Below the pieces are notes generated by a model. It searched no databases. It was not told the origin of the DNA and saw only the letters and a list, made by a program, of their open reading frames with translations. Shown piece after piece: positions 25,959 through 39,067 of a DNA stretch of 64,000 bases. Source of the DNA: Macrostomum lignano (Eukaryota); NCBI GenBank assembly GCA_002269645.1, contig NIVC01002731.1, positions 81,523 through 145,522 of the forward strand. The letters are read 5' to 3'. A program made the translations under genes and the position numbers. How positions within the stretch are numbered: the stretch's first letter is position 1; each line of letters begins with the position of its first letter.

Positions 25959-28900
25959 TGTTGTAAACTCCTGTAAACTCCTGTAAACTCCTGTAAACTC
26001 CTGTAGGCTGAAACTATAATTTAGCTGTCATCTATATAGCCCTACAAGGGAAGTGTAATTAAGTTGTTGCTATGGTAACAAGGTTTATAGAAGCTCATTA
26101 ATTAGTCAGTCCGAGAGTGAGTTCAGAGCAACTCTCAAGAACCCAATCGTGTAGTAGAGAGAATTCAAAGGAGTTTGCAGCAGCTGTACATTTATAGTGT
26201 GCATCGAAAAGTCCAAATTTTAATACTTATAGACAGCTGCAGGTTTGCGTTAATTATTTAACTGAGCGCGGAGACGGTCTTTCGAAACTGTAGCTGTGTA
26301 GTACAGAATATAAATTAGGATAGCTGTGAGACATACGTACTATATTGCAGAGGTGATTTCATGATATTAATAAATGATGTATTCCTGAGTAACCCCTAAT
26401 GAAATAGGTTTACTTTAATCCAGAAGACTTTGAGACTCCACAAATAGTTTCTTACTTACTCTGAGTAACAGCTACTTTAATTTGTAAAACAAAGGACATA
26501 AACCCGTCTGGGAGCACATCAGGTTCTGCTAATAGACGGATGTTGACCTACAGTACAATAACTGTCGCTTGTCGAGTCATCATGAGCGCGACACACTTCA
26601 TAACACTCTGCTGGCAAGAAGCCCTTCTTTCTATAGACACCTTCCTCGTGAGCTGGTTGTCATAGGGGAATTGCGCGATGAAGACCCACCCACCGTCTGC
26701 ATATTGCGACATACATGTACAGCTGCATTACCAGCGAGTTTGGGGGAATGAGATCTATCGTATCCTGCACTCAGCTATATGGTCAAGTGGCGATGCACGT
26801 ACCCCCTGTATAGAATTCGACCTTACATACATTTAACCTGCTTGCGTACAGTTTTCGACTACATCACATGAAACTCAACCGCTTAGGCGCCTTAAAATAG
26901 GTGGATCCCTGGGCGGGTCTATGAGAATTTCCCGAAGGGTTTTTTTCCAGTCGGAATTTCAAGTCAAATCCAATCGGATTTGAAATCTAGTCTAGACTAG
27001 TTCTAATCTATAGTCTAGTTTTTAATCTAGTCTAGTTTGTGTCTAGTCTATTGACTCTCTAGTCTAGTCTAGTCTATATAGCTCCAATCTAGCTAGTCCC
27101 CCAGCATTGTCAGCTATATAGTAGACTGGATTTGACCTGAAATTCCAACTGTAATTAAAAACCCCATTGGAAAACCTTTCGGTGGGAAAAAACTCTCGCG
27201 GGCAAACCTCGCTGCCGGAAATTTAAAAGCTCGCGCGGGAAGACTTCCTGGGGCTGTGGAAAATTCTCGTGTTCCCGCGACTGGCTTGAGGGGATCCTTT
27301 ATTGGTCCCCAATTAAGTACTCTCAAGTTCTTAAGTGAAGATATACATGCATGTACATCATTTACATGTATAGCTCGAATGTTAAAAAACATGCATATGG
27401 TAGCTTTATATGTTTCGTGATTTAAAACGAATATTTTTAGACCTTAATAATATTGATAGAACACAGCAGTTCCCAGGCCCCTCTAAAATAAAAAAAGGTT
27501 TTCCCAATGCCCACAAGTAAGTCCCAACCTTCGATATCCAGGCCCGATCTCATCATCGGTTGTCTCTACAGTAAATCCCTAAATCACGATAAATTGAAGA
27601 TGTACTACTACGAGTAGATTTGTCAAAATTTAACTATTTGAAATGAATTCCAGTGCTAACAGCTAAAATGTTTTAATTATTTTTATGCTGTATATTTATG
27701 GGTTTCATTTTTTCTTTCTCTTCTCTTCGTGTCGACTGTGCAATACTTTATACTTACTTAACATACTGTGTTTTATATCGACAGATCGAACATATATAAA
27801 CTCCTTTTCTCCCTTTGCAAATAATAATTTCTCGTTTCAAAGTTCTTCGTTTTTCCCTATATTATTTTTTATACCGTGAATATTTGCAACTTCAAATTTA
27901 ACTTTCATAGAAAACTACTTAGTATTACTTTTGTGGCAGTGGGGTTGCCACCATTTAATAATTTTATTTTAATAATTTTTCCATTTTAAATGCGCGCCCG
28001 TATTTTTTTTTCTTCGTGAATACCAACCCGTGTGTCCAACCATTGTTATATGACATCACCCCCCTCCTCCTGTTGGCCCCGTGTGTGGACCCACCGTTGC
28101 TAATCAGTTTCCCATCGTTGGCTAACAGCCTTTTCATTAGTTGGAATTAAGCGGTTCATTATTTATTTTCTGTGTGATTACTCCTTTAACCATTGTATGG
28201 CCCCCTTGTTGGCTAATCTTTCCCCCATGCTTTGGACGTTGCCCTACTTTTGCTTATATAAACTACTCATGCTCAGTTGCCAATTTTTCATTCCCCTTTC
28301 TTCTTGCGCGATCTCTCCCTCACTATCTTGTCTGTTTATCTCTACGGTTCATTAATTTATTAGTTTATTAGCGCACCGGCGCCCGTGTATTCATCATCGT
28401 CATTATAATACTCATTAATCCATAAACAACCTGCTTTAAAATTAATAACCAAATTACTTTAATAAATAACAACAAATTAACGCTTAATATTTATTCCGTT
28501 GACTTAAGCCATAGCCTATCTTGAATCCTTTGCCCGTGGGGCGTAAAATAACCGAAATCTCATCTCAAAGAAAGCTCTGAGATCACTAAACGTTCCGTAA
28601 TACGTAAATTACGGTGGTGGCAGCAACTACCCTACTGACAGTAATCAGCTCTGCAAATCGACACATTACTTTACGGTGTCAATCTCCGGTGTCTACCATC
28701 TGAACGACCGTGCCGCTCTAACGACCGCTCTGCTACGATTACGACTACCCTCCCCCCGGAATTTGAGGACCCCGGCTGTCGGAGTAAAAGGAGAAGAAAT
28801 TCGTTGTGATTCGTCTGCGCGATTTTCCGGTTTTATTCGTGCGAACGCAACGCTACCGGTTTTCGAAGAATTACCGGCCGACCTCCAAATTTCAAACCTT

Positions 28901-30842
28901 GTTAAAACTTCTCCACCCCCACCTCACTTTACTTAAGTAGTCCTTGTTATTACCACGATACTACTTTCCCAGAAAAATAACTCAATAATCTACTGTCGGT
29001 TGATAGATTAGGCTAACTGATTAAACAGCTCTCTGCAACATTTAGGCCTACGTCTGACTCACTCTGACTGGCACTGGACTGGCTCAGCGAGCCTCGGCCC
29101 TCAGCCCTGATAGCAGACCGCAGTGACCCTTGTCCCTCGCTGCACTGGACTACTGTGCCTACTGTGACTTTCTTATGCAACTGTTCACAGATAGCTAGCC
29201 TAGTATGTTAAATATTTATGGTCAAGGCCTATACGAGCTAAAGCTATATATGTTTACTGCAATTTGACTGCTACCACGCCTACCAGCCAAGCCAACCTGG
29301 GTGGGTTATATGTCTAGCTTTGGAGTCTGCTAGGCCTATTGAAAATCTAAAGTAGCTAGTGATAAGCCAAGCCAAGACAGAGTGTGGCTATGTTATTATG
29401 CTCCCCCTAGGGCCTAGCAGTCTGTTAAAATTTTATTAATTGGTGTGTATTTTGCAACCAGTAATTTTGTTTTTGTGGCTATTGGCTAGCCAGCCTAGCC
29501 TAGACTGCCTATTACTAAAAATTTTATTTTTGGTTCTTTACTTTAGATTTAGACTAGGGCCACTAGGCCTCAAGCCAAGGTGAACAAGACCTAGGCCTGG
29601 CCTAGTATAGGTTTAGAGCAAACACCAAATTGCTGATTAGATAAGATATCTAGGCCTAATACTATAGTCAATAGAACCTCTAGACTTATTTTGAATTCAC
29701 ATTGCCAGTTTGGCCACACCTTTTCTTGTTTACATTTATATTTTAGATAAGCCTAGGCTTAGGCTAGGCCTAATATAGTATTTAATATTTGGAATAATAA
29801 GTTTAGATTAGGGCTAGACTAAGTTTACAATGCTAAATAATAATCTTATCAACCAAGCTAACTAGGCTAGGCCTATAAGCTAGGCCTAATGAGCTAAAAG
29901 TGAGACATGAAAAGCTTATTTTATTGTTGCTACTTTCCTGTTTAGTTTCTAGTTTATTTATATACATTTCTCATCTGCTGTTTAGCTCTCTGTTTAGGCC
30001 TACTTTGTCTTAATGAATATAGTTCAAACCTCTTTTTCTCTATTGATCTCTTACCTTTTCCTTTTGATTGGTTGATCTCTTATTCTTATTTAAGCCTTAT
30101 TCTCTCGTCTATTGCATACTTTACCCTTTTCATTTTGTTAGCCAACCCCTTTAGTTGAGCCTTAAACCCACCCCTTGCTATACATAATAATACTGCTATA
30201 AATATAGAGTTCAAGGCTTCTAGCCTTTTCACTGAGTAGGGCCTATCTAAGTATTAAAGTAATGGCTATCTGCAGGCTACCTAGAAATATAGTTGTTTGC
30301 TATTTTCTTGACAGTTAATATTATATATTTCATATAATTTTATAAGACAACCTATTTAAGATTTTTTATTATTTTCTAATCCTATTTATTACTTTTACTA
30401 GTCTAATAAGCCTAGTAGTATAAAAATTTTCAATTCTTTTAGATAAGTCAATTAAAGCTAATTTAATAATAAAAAGAGTAGCTAGGTCTTATGTCTTGGC
30501 TTGTCATACTATGATATTATGACTTATAGTATTAAAATGCCTAAGCGCCAGTTGTTTTGTCTGCCAATAGCTTGTCTACTAAGTAGACAGAAAGTTTTCT
30601 CTTTCTAAAACTATTTGTCAACTGGGAAATAAGGGTGTAGAAGTTTGAAATAAGGTAGAAGCTGCCTAAAAATCTCTTCATTGATATTGTTAAAATGCTT
30701 AGAGATTAGTCTCTTTGAAAATGACTATCTACACTTATTTTATAGACATGCCATTAAGGAGAAAAGTTTTAGAGAAAGGGAGAGGCAAGATAGTATCAAG
30801 AGATGAGAGGTGAGATGTTAATATCCTTTAACATAGAATTTG

Positions 30843-31155
30843 TTGTAGCCTAGTGGTTAAAGAGTCAGAGTCACAACTTGAAGGTTGGGAGTTTGATTCC
30901 TAATCCCATTGGAACAATTTGTATCCTTGAGCAAAACACTTAACTCTGCATTGCTTCAGTTCACCTAGCCATTAAATGGGTGCCAGCATTAGCTAGGATA
31001 ATTGAGGATATGTGGTAACCCCCCTCCCCCTAGTCTATGGACTAAATAGCTGTATGCAGCCTTTAGATACCCCAGGCAATAGCTGCAGCTGAGCTGTTGG
31101 CTACACATCTGGCCTAATTGGGGTAGCTATAATCAGTTATTATTACTATAATAAT
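30843..31155 (+). mobile_element. Decayed tRNA-derived SINE with CORE/Meta-like central domain
   Basis: A box TAGCCTAGTGG (~30846) and B box GTTTGATTCC (~30891). The central region has GTATCCTTGAGCAAAACACTTAACTC and AAATGGGTGCCAGC, followed by an AT-rich (TAT/TAA) tail. Confidence 0.65.
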
Positions 31156-31900
31156 ATTTAACATCCTAAAAACAGACAATGAAAACAAAAGTTATGTCTT
31201 ATAAACAAAAATATCGTAGAAGCTCAACCATTTCATGAATAGGAGCTTGTATTTATTATTATGCATATAAGGTTTTTTTTATTTTAGGAATTGGCTTTTA
31301 CGAGCTAAAAGCATTAATTGCACAAGCAGACCTAAGCAAGATTCCAATTTAGCCCATTAGCCCCAAAGTGACTACATTTGGAGTCTACACCTTTGGTATA
31401 TTACTACAATTTGACCCTGAAATTTTTTGACAAAATTTGATAATGAATAAAAGTTTTTTTGCTATTGTTTTTGGGTAATTAATATAGTTTTAGGATAGAA
31501 CATTAGAGCACAGTATATGCCTCTATTGCAATTATCAATCAAGGTTGATCAACTAAAATTTTTAGTTAATAACATTTTTGTACACAAGATAGGCCAAGCT
31601 AGTTGGTATTCCATTGCAGTTGCCATACTATACTGTAGCCACAGTTGTAGTTATGGCAAAAGTAAAATACTTTTTTCTATGTAGCATACAGTTTTATACT
31701 CAGAATTAAGATGGGATTCAAGGGTTAATTTCGATAACTATAACTATAGAAATTTAGCAGCTGTCATTGGTAGATAGTTATTTTTATCATAAATATTGAA
31801 TGCTAATAAATACTTTGATATTGGCTAATTCAACAAAGTTTATTTGTTAAAAAATTAATATTAGCAGATTTCTAAACAAAAATGCTTGAAATTATTGCAG

Positions 31901-33575
31901 GAGGGCGAACGCACTCGCGTCCTGATAACTGGAGCCTCCGGCCTTCTTGGCCGAGCTGTCAATCATGAGCTGCAGCAGCACAAAGATCAATTCGAAACCC
32001 TGGGCCTGTGCTTCTCTCGCCAGATCGAAGGCCTGACCCAGTGCGATCTGACCTCAATTGAGGACACTCTGCGCATTGTCACGCAGAGCAAGCCGCATCT
32101 GGTTGTTCATTGTGCAGCCGAGCGGCGCCCGGATATTGTTGAGAAACAGCCGGATAGGGCTAAGCAGCTCAATGATGGAGCTACAGAGAGGCTGTGCCAG
32201 CTGGCTGAGGAATGCGGGGCTACCATGCTGTTCATCAGCACCGATTATGTCTTCGACGGCAAGAACCCGCCGTACGACGAGAAAAGCAAGCCGTCGCCTC
32301 TCAATGCCTACGGCGAAAGTAAAGTCAGGTAACTTCTGGCAAGGCTATAGATTGATAGGTGTATTGATAAGGTTGATAGATGTGTTGATAGGTTGATAGA
32401 TGTATTGATAGGGTTGATAGATGTGTTGATAGGTTGATAGATGTATTGATAGGTTGATAGATGTATTGATAGGTTGATAGATGTATTGATAACTTGATAG
32501 ATGCACTGATGAATTGATATATCAGTTGATAGCTTGATTGACAGGTGTTGTCGTTCTTTCAATCCACTATTTTCTTTTGTGTCAACCCGTCGCTAATCGT
32601 TTTTTGCTTTCCATTTCCCCTTTGTCTCATTCCCAAACCTTTTTTTTGAAAATTTAAACTAGATTGAAGATTTTAATCCCTTAATTTTTCTAGACAAAAT
32701 CAAGACCTTCGTGAGCTTAAATCGCATAAGCTCCAGACCGTCACGTCCCCACGCAAACCCAGGAAAATATTTTTTTTTCAATTTTTCACCGAAAGCGTCA
32801 CTTTTTGAAAGCCGGTTAAAATGGTTAAATGTAAAAGACTGCCCTATAATTGAATTTTCGCCCTTTTAAATAAGATACATTGTTTAGCAGCCTTTCAGCA
32901 CCATAAAAATGCATTCAAACATTCTTAAACAAGCCAAATTTTTTTCAAAAACCTTTCGAACTCTTGCAATGCAGTTTAGAATGTTTTACATTTTCGCGCG
33001 AGTTTGAAAACATATTTAGCTATCCCATCCACTAGTTATAAAGATTTCGATACATATCGGCTCCAATATCATCCAATGCATTGCTTTGAAAATCAATCAG
33101 ATGCGAACAGGAGGTGCTCCGCCGGCGCCGGAATCTGGTGCTGCGGGTGCCAGTGCTGTATGGGGATACCGCCGATGTGAACGAATCTGCTGTCACGTGC
33201 CTGTTCGCCCTGGTGAAGGCCGGTGTGCCATGCACCATCGACCACATCGCCAAGCGCTATCCGACCCATTGCGCCGATGTGGCCAACGTAGTTCGCCACC
33301 TGTCGCTCAGGGCCGGTCGCATCGACGGCGGAGTTTATCATTTCTCTGGCAACGAGTGCTTGACCAAGTACGAGATGTGTCTGGCCATGGGCCGTGTGTT
33401 TGGGCTGAGCACTGACCACGTGGCTCCGCAGGTGGAGCCGGACTCGAGCGCCACGCTGCGCCCAGTTGATGCCAGGTTGAGCTGCCAGCGACTGGAGGCC
33501 ACGCTGGGACCCGAGGCTGTTCAACGGCGAAGCTTTGAGGAGGGCATTCGCCAGTGCCTGGCCAAGTTTGTGTGA
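31901..33575 (+). CDS. MAT2B: Methionine adenosyltransferase 2 beta subunit (RmlD-like SDR); start codon not resolved
   Basis: Exons 31901-32328 (RVLITGASGLLGRA, HCAAERRPD, ISTDYVFDG..PPY, PLNAYGESK) and 33101-33575 (LRVPVLYG, G.YHFSGNECLTKYEM, RPVDARL), joined by a phase-2 junction. Confidence 0.88.
33048..33059. promoter_or_regulatory. Recurrent 12-mer CGATAC(A/G)TATCG (first of 8 copies; putative cis-element)
   Basis: Copies at 33048, 33622, 36038, 54188(rc), 58089, 58707, 59564(rc) and 61138(rc). Function is inferred, not shown. Confidence 0.5.
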
Positions 33576-34245
33576 CAATTCAGGTGAATCTGACGCATCA
33601 AATGGTGACAGGATCAGTTTTCGATACATATCGGGAGACTCTTTGTCGTAGTTTGCTTAGCCTGGTTTTTTGGTGATTTGTTTATTACTTTAATAACTTA
33701 ACCATGTCAATAACATACTGCTTGTAGTAGTTGAAAAGTAGTTTGATTTCTTAAATTTGTCAAACCAGTTCCTATAATACGCTCCTTATTATGATTCCAT
33801 AATTAATTATGCCACACATGCTGACCAGCTGCTTAAAGCCCATTGACCGGTTAATTGAAATTGATTTTAGTTTTCACTTAATATTTTCTGGCTGCTCTTC
33901 TCAGCAATAATATCTATATTTCTGTTTTTCATTACTGCCTGAAATAATAAGCGCTTTGATGCCTGCCTATCAAATGATTTACACATTGGAGCCTTCTTAA
34001 CAAGCTTCAGTTAAAGCATTAAAACTAAGAAAAATTTACTACTTACTATCCTTTTTGGGGTTTAAATTAAAAAAAATACTTCAAAATGCGCACTCACCTA
34101 CTTTCCAACAGTTTTCAGTAGAGAATAGCGTAAAATGCTTTATTTTCTCGGCATATAACAAAAAAAGTTTATTTGATCTGAATAGCTGCATGATTTTAAG
34201 AAGTTTTAGGTCCAGAGGAAAAAACCGGAGTTATTAGTTCCGTTA

Positions 34246-36996
34246 TCAAACTCCCTCGCAGCTCCATCGCTGCAGACGAGGATCAAATAGCATCAGAATT
34301 GGCTGTTTAGCATAGCGACACGGCTGCGTCAGGCTGAGCGTCAGGTTCAGTCCCGGCTCGCCGTAGTGGCCCATGAAAGTCATGGCCAGGGTGACCTTGC
34401 AGGGCAGCGATTGCGGCAGGCGCACCTGAAACTCAGTCGATCGAGCGCAGGTCCGCCTGTCGAAGTCTCCGAGCAGAATCTCTTTGGCTTCTCTATTGCC
34501 GTCTTGGACAAGGTGAACCGACAGCTTCTGGAACACCGTGGCCGGTGTGTTGTCGGCTTCGACGCAGCCGAATGTGGCCACCAGTGCCGATTTGTCGCCC
34601 TTCTCGTCGCCTGTCGGTTGGTGAACATCGACGCGAAGTCGACGACGTAGCTGCCAGGCGGGCAGTTGGATGCCGAGGCGGCTGCAGACGCGAGTCATGA
34701 GCTCGTCTGTCCGGCCGTAAATGCGCAGGCTGCTCAGGGAGTCCAACGGCGTATTCTGGGCAGGACGGAGTTGGGGAAACTGTGGGGGAACTGCATCCAA
34801 GGGCGTGAGGCTTATCTAAGGCCTGAGGTTTATAATCTAGAGGTAGATGTAGACACATCGTACATGAAAACTATAGGATCTTCATTAATGTACATGTACC
34901 TCTAAGGGAATCGTCTATGGTCTGAGATGTCACTAGGGTATCCTTTAGAGTCTGAGGAGGTACATGTCTATGTACGTGTATCTGTGGCTGTAGTATGTGC
35001 TAGGGTCTGGGGTGTCTGTGATATGTGCTAGGGTCTGGGGTGTCTGAGGTATGTGCTACTAGTAGGGTCTGGGGTGTCTGTGGTATGTGCTAGGGTCTGG
35101 GGTGTCTGTGGTATGTGCTAGTAGGGTCTGGGGTGTCTGTGGTATGTGCTAGTAGGGTCTGGGGTGTCTGTGGTATGTGCTAGTAGGGTCTGGGGTGTCT
35201 GTGGTATGTGCTAGTAGGGTCTGGGGTGTCTGTGGTATGTGCTAGGGTCTGGGGTGTCTGTGGTATGTGCTAGTAGGGTCTGGGGTGTCTGTGGTATGTG
35301 CTAGTAGGGTCTGGGGTGTCTGTGGTATGTGCTAGGGTCTGGGGTGTCTGTGGTATGTGCTAGGGTCTGGGGTGTCTGTGGTATGTGCTAGGGTCTGGGG
35401 TGTCTGTGGTATGTGCTAGGGTCTGGGGTGTCTCATGTGCAACCTGGGCGCACCCTCACCTGCAGGTTGCAGATGACCAGCTTGGCGCCTCTCTCGGCCG
35501 CCTCCTCCGGCATGTTGGCCGCAGGCGTGACAGTCAGGGAGGAGCCGAGGCAGAGGACCAGATCGGCGGCGTGGCAGTGCTCGAATCCCATTCGCATCGG
35601 CTTCTCGGGCAGGGATTCGCCGAAGTTCACGACGCTGTCGAGCAGCGCGCCAGAGCAGACTGGGCAGGCTCGGCCCGTCTGGTGCTCGTGCACTTTACCG
35701 CTGGTGCGCACGTGAAAGTCGCGCAGGTACTGGAGACCGCAGCCGGAGCACAGCTCCAGGTTGGAGTTGCCGTGCAGCTCGGCAAGGCGGTCCGGCGGGA
35801 ATCCCGACCTGCGGTGCAGGCCGTCGCAGTTCTGACTGATGAGCAGTTTGAGGTGGCCAGAGTTGGCCAGGGCCACCAGAGCCATGTGGGTTGGGGTCGG
35901 CATTGCGCTGGTGGTGCTGACTCCGCGCGGGGCCTCGCGCCCCTGAGTGCGCCTGGTCCAGACGCCGTCAGGGCCGCGAAAGTCTGGGATGCCTGGATTA
36001 ACGAATAAACAAAATTGCGTTTTATAAAGATCGCTATCGATACATATCGGCAAAATAAAACTTTTTATGCTCACAATGTGAAAAAATGATGCTTGGCGCC
36101 AATTCTGATGCTAGTGAGTGGCGCCAACTCTGATGCTAGTGAGTGGCGCCAATTCTTATGCTATAGTGAGTGGCGCCAATTCTGATGCCAGTGAGTGGCG
36201 CCAATTCTGATTCTATTGAGTGGCGCCAATTTTGATGCTAGTGAGTGGCGCCAATTCTGATGCCAGTGAGTGGCGCCAACTCTGATGCTATAGTGAGTGG
36301 CGCCAATTCTGATGCCAGTGAGTGGCGCCAATTCTGATGCTATTGAGTGGCGCCAATTCTGATGCTAGTGAGTGGCGCCAACTATGATGCTAGTGAGTGG
36401 CGCCAATTCTGATGCTATTGAGTGGCGCCAATTCTGATGCTAGTGAGTGGCGCCAACTATGATGCTAGTGAGTGGCGCCAATTCTGATGCTAGTGAGTGG
36501 CGCCAACTATGATGCTAGTGAGTGGCGCCAACTATGATGCTAGTGAGTGGCGCCAATTCTGATGCTAGTGCAGAGTGGCGCTAAATCTGATTGAGAGTAC
36601 AGTAAACGCAGGGACTACTCAAACACCGGGACGGGAAACTAAAATTGTTTTACGAGGCTGGCTGGCAATTATTTTCATTAGAGAGATGCTGTGTTACTTT
36701 GTTGTCTATGGTTATTTTCTACTGCTGATGAGTAGACCAGCCTCGTAAAAAAATCCTAGTTTCCCGTCCCGGTGTTTGAGTAGTCCCTGAGTAAACGTAA
36801 AAACACAAACTACAGAATCTGAGACATGGACATCGCGCTCACCAGCAGAGGTGCTGATTCCAGCGCCTGTGAAAGCCACAAAGTGCTTAGCCGATCGGAT
36901 TAATTCGGCCAACTGATCCGCCTGAGCATTGAGCACCTCGTCTGTAGAATTTTGCTCCTTCAACTGTTCGGGATCTTTGTGCGCGCTGAATGCCAT
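34246..36996 (-). CDS. Class IV sirtuin (SIRT6/7-related NAD+-dependent deacylase) with a C-terminal extra domain
   Basis: Exons 36996-36843, 35992-35460 and 34755-34246. Motifs [67 protein letters not shown] and CNLQNTPLD. Confidence 0.9.
34990..35430. repeat. 27/31-bp minisatellite, sirtuin intron 2
   Basis: GGGTCTGGGGTGTCTGTGGTATGTGCTA(GTA) tandem copies. Confidence 0.95.
36090..36590. repeat. 24-25-bp minisatellite, sirtuin intron 1
   Basis: GGCGCCAATTCTGATGCTAGTGAGT tandem copies. Confidence 0.95.
36609..36789. mobile_element. 181-bp MITE with CAGGGAC termini (P-superfamily-like)
   Basis: TIR CAGGGACTACTCAAACACCGGGACGGGAAACTA and its reverse complement; perfect 8-bp TSD AGTAAACG at 36601-36608 and 36790-36797. 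Confidence 0.92.
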
Positions 36997-37434
36997 GATG
37001 TTGGTAAAACACTGAGTTCAGTTGAGAATTTGATTTTGCTTTTGTGCTTGAAGCTCATCTCCAGCCGGAAGGGCTTTATACACGAAAATTTACTGTCTAG
37101 CCTCAATTGCGCCATTCTGAGTCAGACTCACCTGACCAGACCAGACCCTAAAACGTACGGAGTACGTGGACACGGGACTTGCGAGGCATCAGGGGGGGTT
37201 AGAGGTTTGCACTTTCAGTTGAGCTATTTTTAGCTATAAGGATTCATTGTGTACAGGCTACAGCAACACGACCCTGTACTAACTGCAGTACATTGTCGCT
37301 GAGAATACATAACAGAGTGCTTTTCTGCACACGCCTTTACCTATAAATGGATCTAGAGATAATGACAAACAAATTAATTGGCATGATTAAATTGCTATGA
37401 GTAAGCTAGTGGCAAACTGTTTCACAGATTTGAA

Positions 37435-38580
37435 ACTTCTAGGTCGTGGGGGTGTCTTCTAGGGTGTGGGGTATCTTCTAGGGTGTGGAGTGTCTTCTAG
37501 GGTGTGGGGGTGTCTTCTAGGTTGTGGGGGTATCTTCTAGGGTGTGGGGATGTCTTCTAGGGTTTGAGGGTATCTTCTAGGGTGTGGGGTGTCTTCTAGG
37601 GTTTGAGGGTATCTTCTAGGGTGTGGGGATGTCTTTTAGGGTTTGAGGGTATCTTCTAGGGGGTGTCTTCTAGGGTGTGGGGGTGTCTTCTAGAGTTTGA
37701 GGGTATCTTCTAGGGTGTGGGGGTGTCTTTTAGGGTTTGAGGGTATCTTCTAGGGTGTGGGGGTGTCTTCTAGGGTTTGAGGGTATCTTCTAGGGTGTGG
37801 GGGATGTCTTCTAGGGTTTGAGGGTATCTTCTAGGGTGTGGGGTGTCTTCTAGGGTTTGAGGGTATCTTCTAGGGTGTGGGGGATGTCTTTTAGGGTTTG
37901 AGGGTATCTTCTAGGGGGTGTCTTCTAGGGTATGGGGGTGTCTTCTAGGGTGTGGGGGATGTCTTTTAGGGTTTGAGGGTATCTTCTAGGGGGTGTCTTC
38001 TAGGGTGTGGGGGTGTCTTCTAGAGTTTGAGGGTGTCTTCTAGGGTGTGGGGGTGTCTTCTAGAGTTTGAGGGTATCTTCTAGGGTGTGGGGGTGTCTTT
38101 TAGGGTTTGAGGGTATCTTCTAGGGTGTGGGGGTGTCTTCTAGGGTTTGAGGGTATCTTCTAGGGTATGGGGGTGTCTTCTAGGGTGTGGGGGTGTCTTC
38201 TAGGGTTTGAGGGTATCTTCTAGGGTATGGGGGTGTCTTCTAGGGTGTGGGGATGTCTTTTAGGGTTTGAGGGTATCTTCTAGGGGGTGTCTTCTAGGGT
38301 ATGGGGTGTCTTCTAGGGTGTGGGGGATGTCTTTTAGGGTTTGAGGGTATCTTCTAGGGGGTGTCTTCTAGGGTATGGGGGTGTCTTCTAGGGTGTGGTG
38401 GTGTCTTCTAGGGTTTGAGGGTATCTTCTAGGGTGTGGGGTGTCTTATAGGGTATGGGGGTGTCTTCTAGGGTGTGGGGGTGTCTTCTAGGGTATGGGGG
38501 TGTCTTCTAGGGTGTGGGAGTGTCTTCTAGGGTGTGGGGGTGTCTTCTAGGGTGTGAGGGTATCTTCTAGGTTGTGGGGT
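37435..38580. repeat. ~20-bp minisatellite (CTAGGGTGTGGGGGTGTCTT / CTAGGGTTTGAGGGTATCTT)
   Basis: Read directly from the sequence; two interleaved variants. Confidence 0.96.
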
Positions 38581-38844
38581 ATTTGTTCTAAGGTGTTGAG
38601 TAGTTTCGGGAGCTTAGCGGTAGACACGCCTGACTAGCTGTTGCGTCACAATCCACGGTTAGATTTCGTGCGCAGCCGTATTCATTGATCTATTAAACGA
38701 TGTACATGAATGTATCAAGGACTACTAGACTAGCCTAGGGTTCCTAGTGGTCATTGTAATGCATACAAGCTATATAACTATTACACAGAGGGCACGACAA
38801 GGGTAATTACGAGTCTAAACAACAGTTGACAAAAGAAAAATCGC

Positions 38845-39028
38845 CTGCCAGCCGATCGCGACGCCGAACAGCGAGTTCCTGGAGCGAGCGGAGTTTCTGA
38901 GGCTGGGCAACATCAGTCCTGTATACTGCTACACTGACGCCTCGGTGAGCTCGGAGCTTCGCTGCCTGTGGCTCTGCGTGCAGCGCTGGGAGTGCCGGGC
39001 CGTCCTGTTCAACCGGGCCAGCGGCGCC
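38845..39028 (+). pseudogene. Fragment of a C-type lectin+PAN gene (PAN-coding part)
   Basis: Encodes CQPIATPNSEFLERAEFLRLGNISPVYCYTDASVSSELRCLWLCVQRWECRAVLFNRASGA, nearly identical to the copies at 40747 and 52736 but in the opposite orientation and truncated at both ends. Confidence 0.85.
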
Positions 39029-39067
39029 TTCAAAAGTCACTGATCTGCTCAAGCAATAATCAGCCAG

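Noticed and set aside
30843-30905. Possible functional tRNA gene
   Set aside because: The cloverleaf stems are broken and it continues into SINE body and tail sequence.
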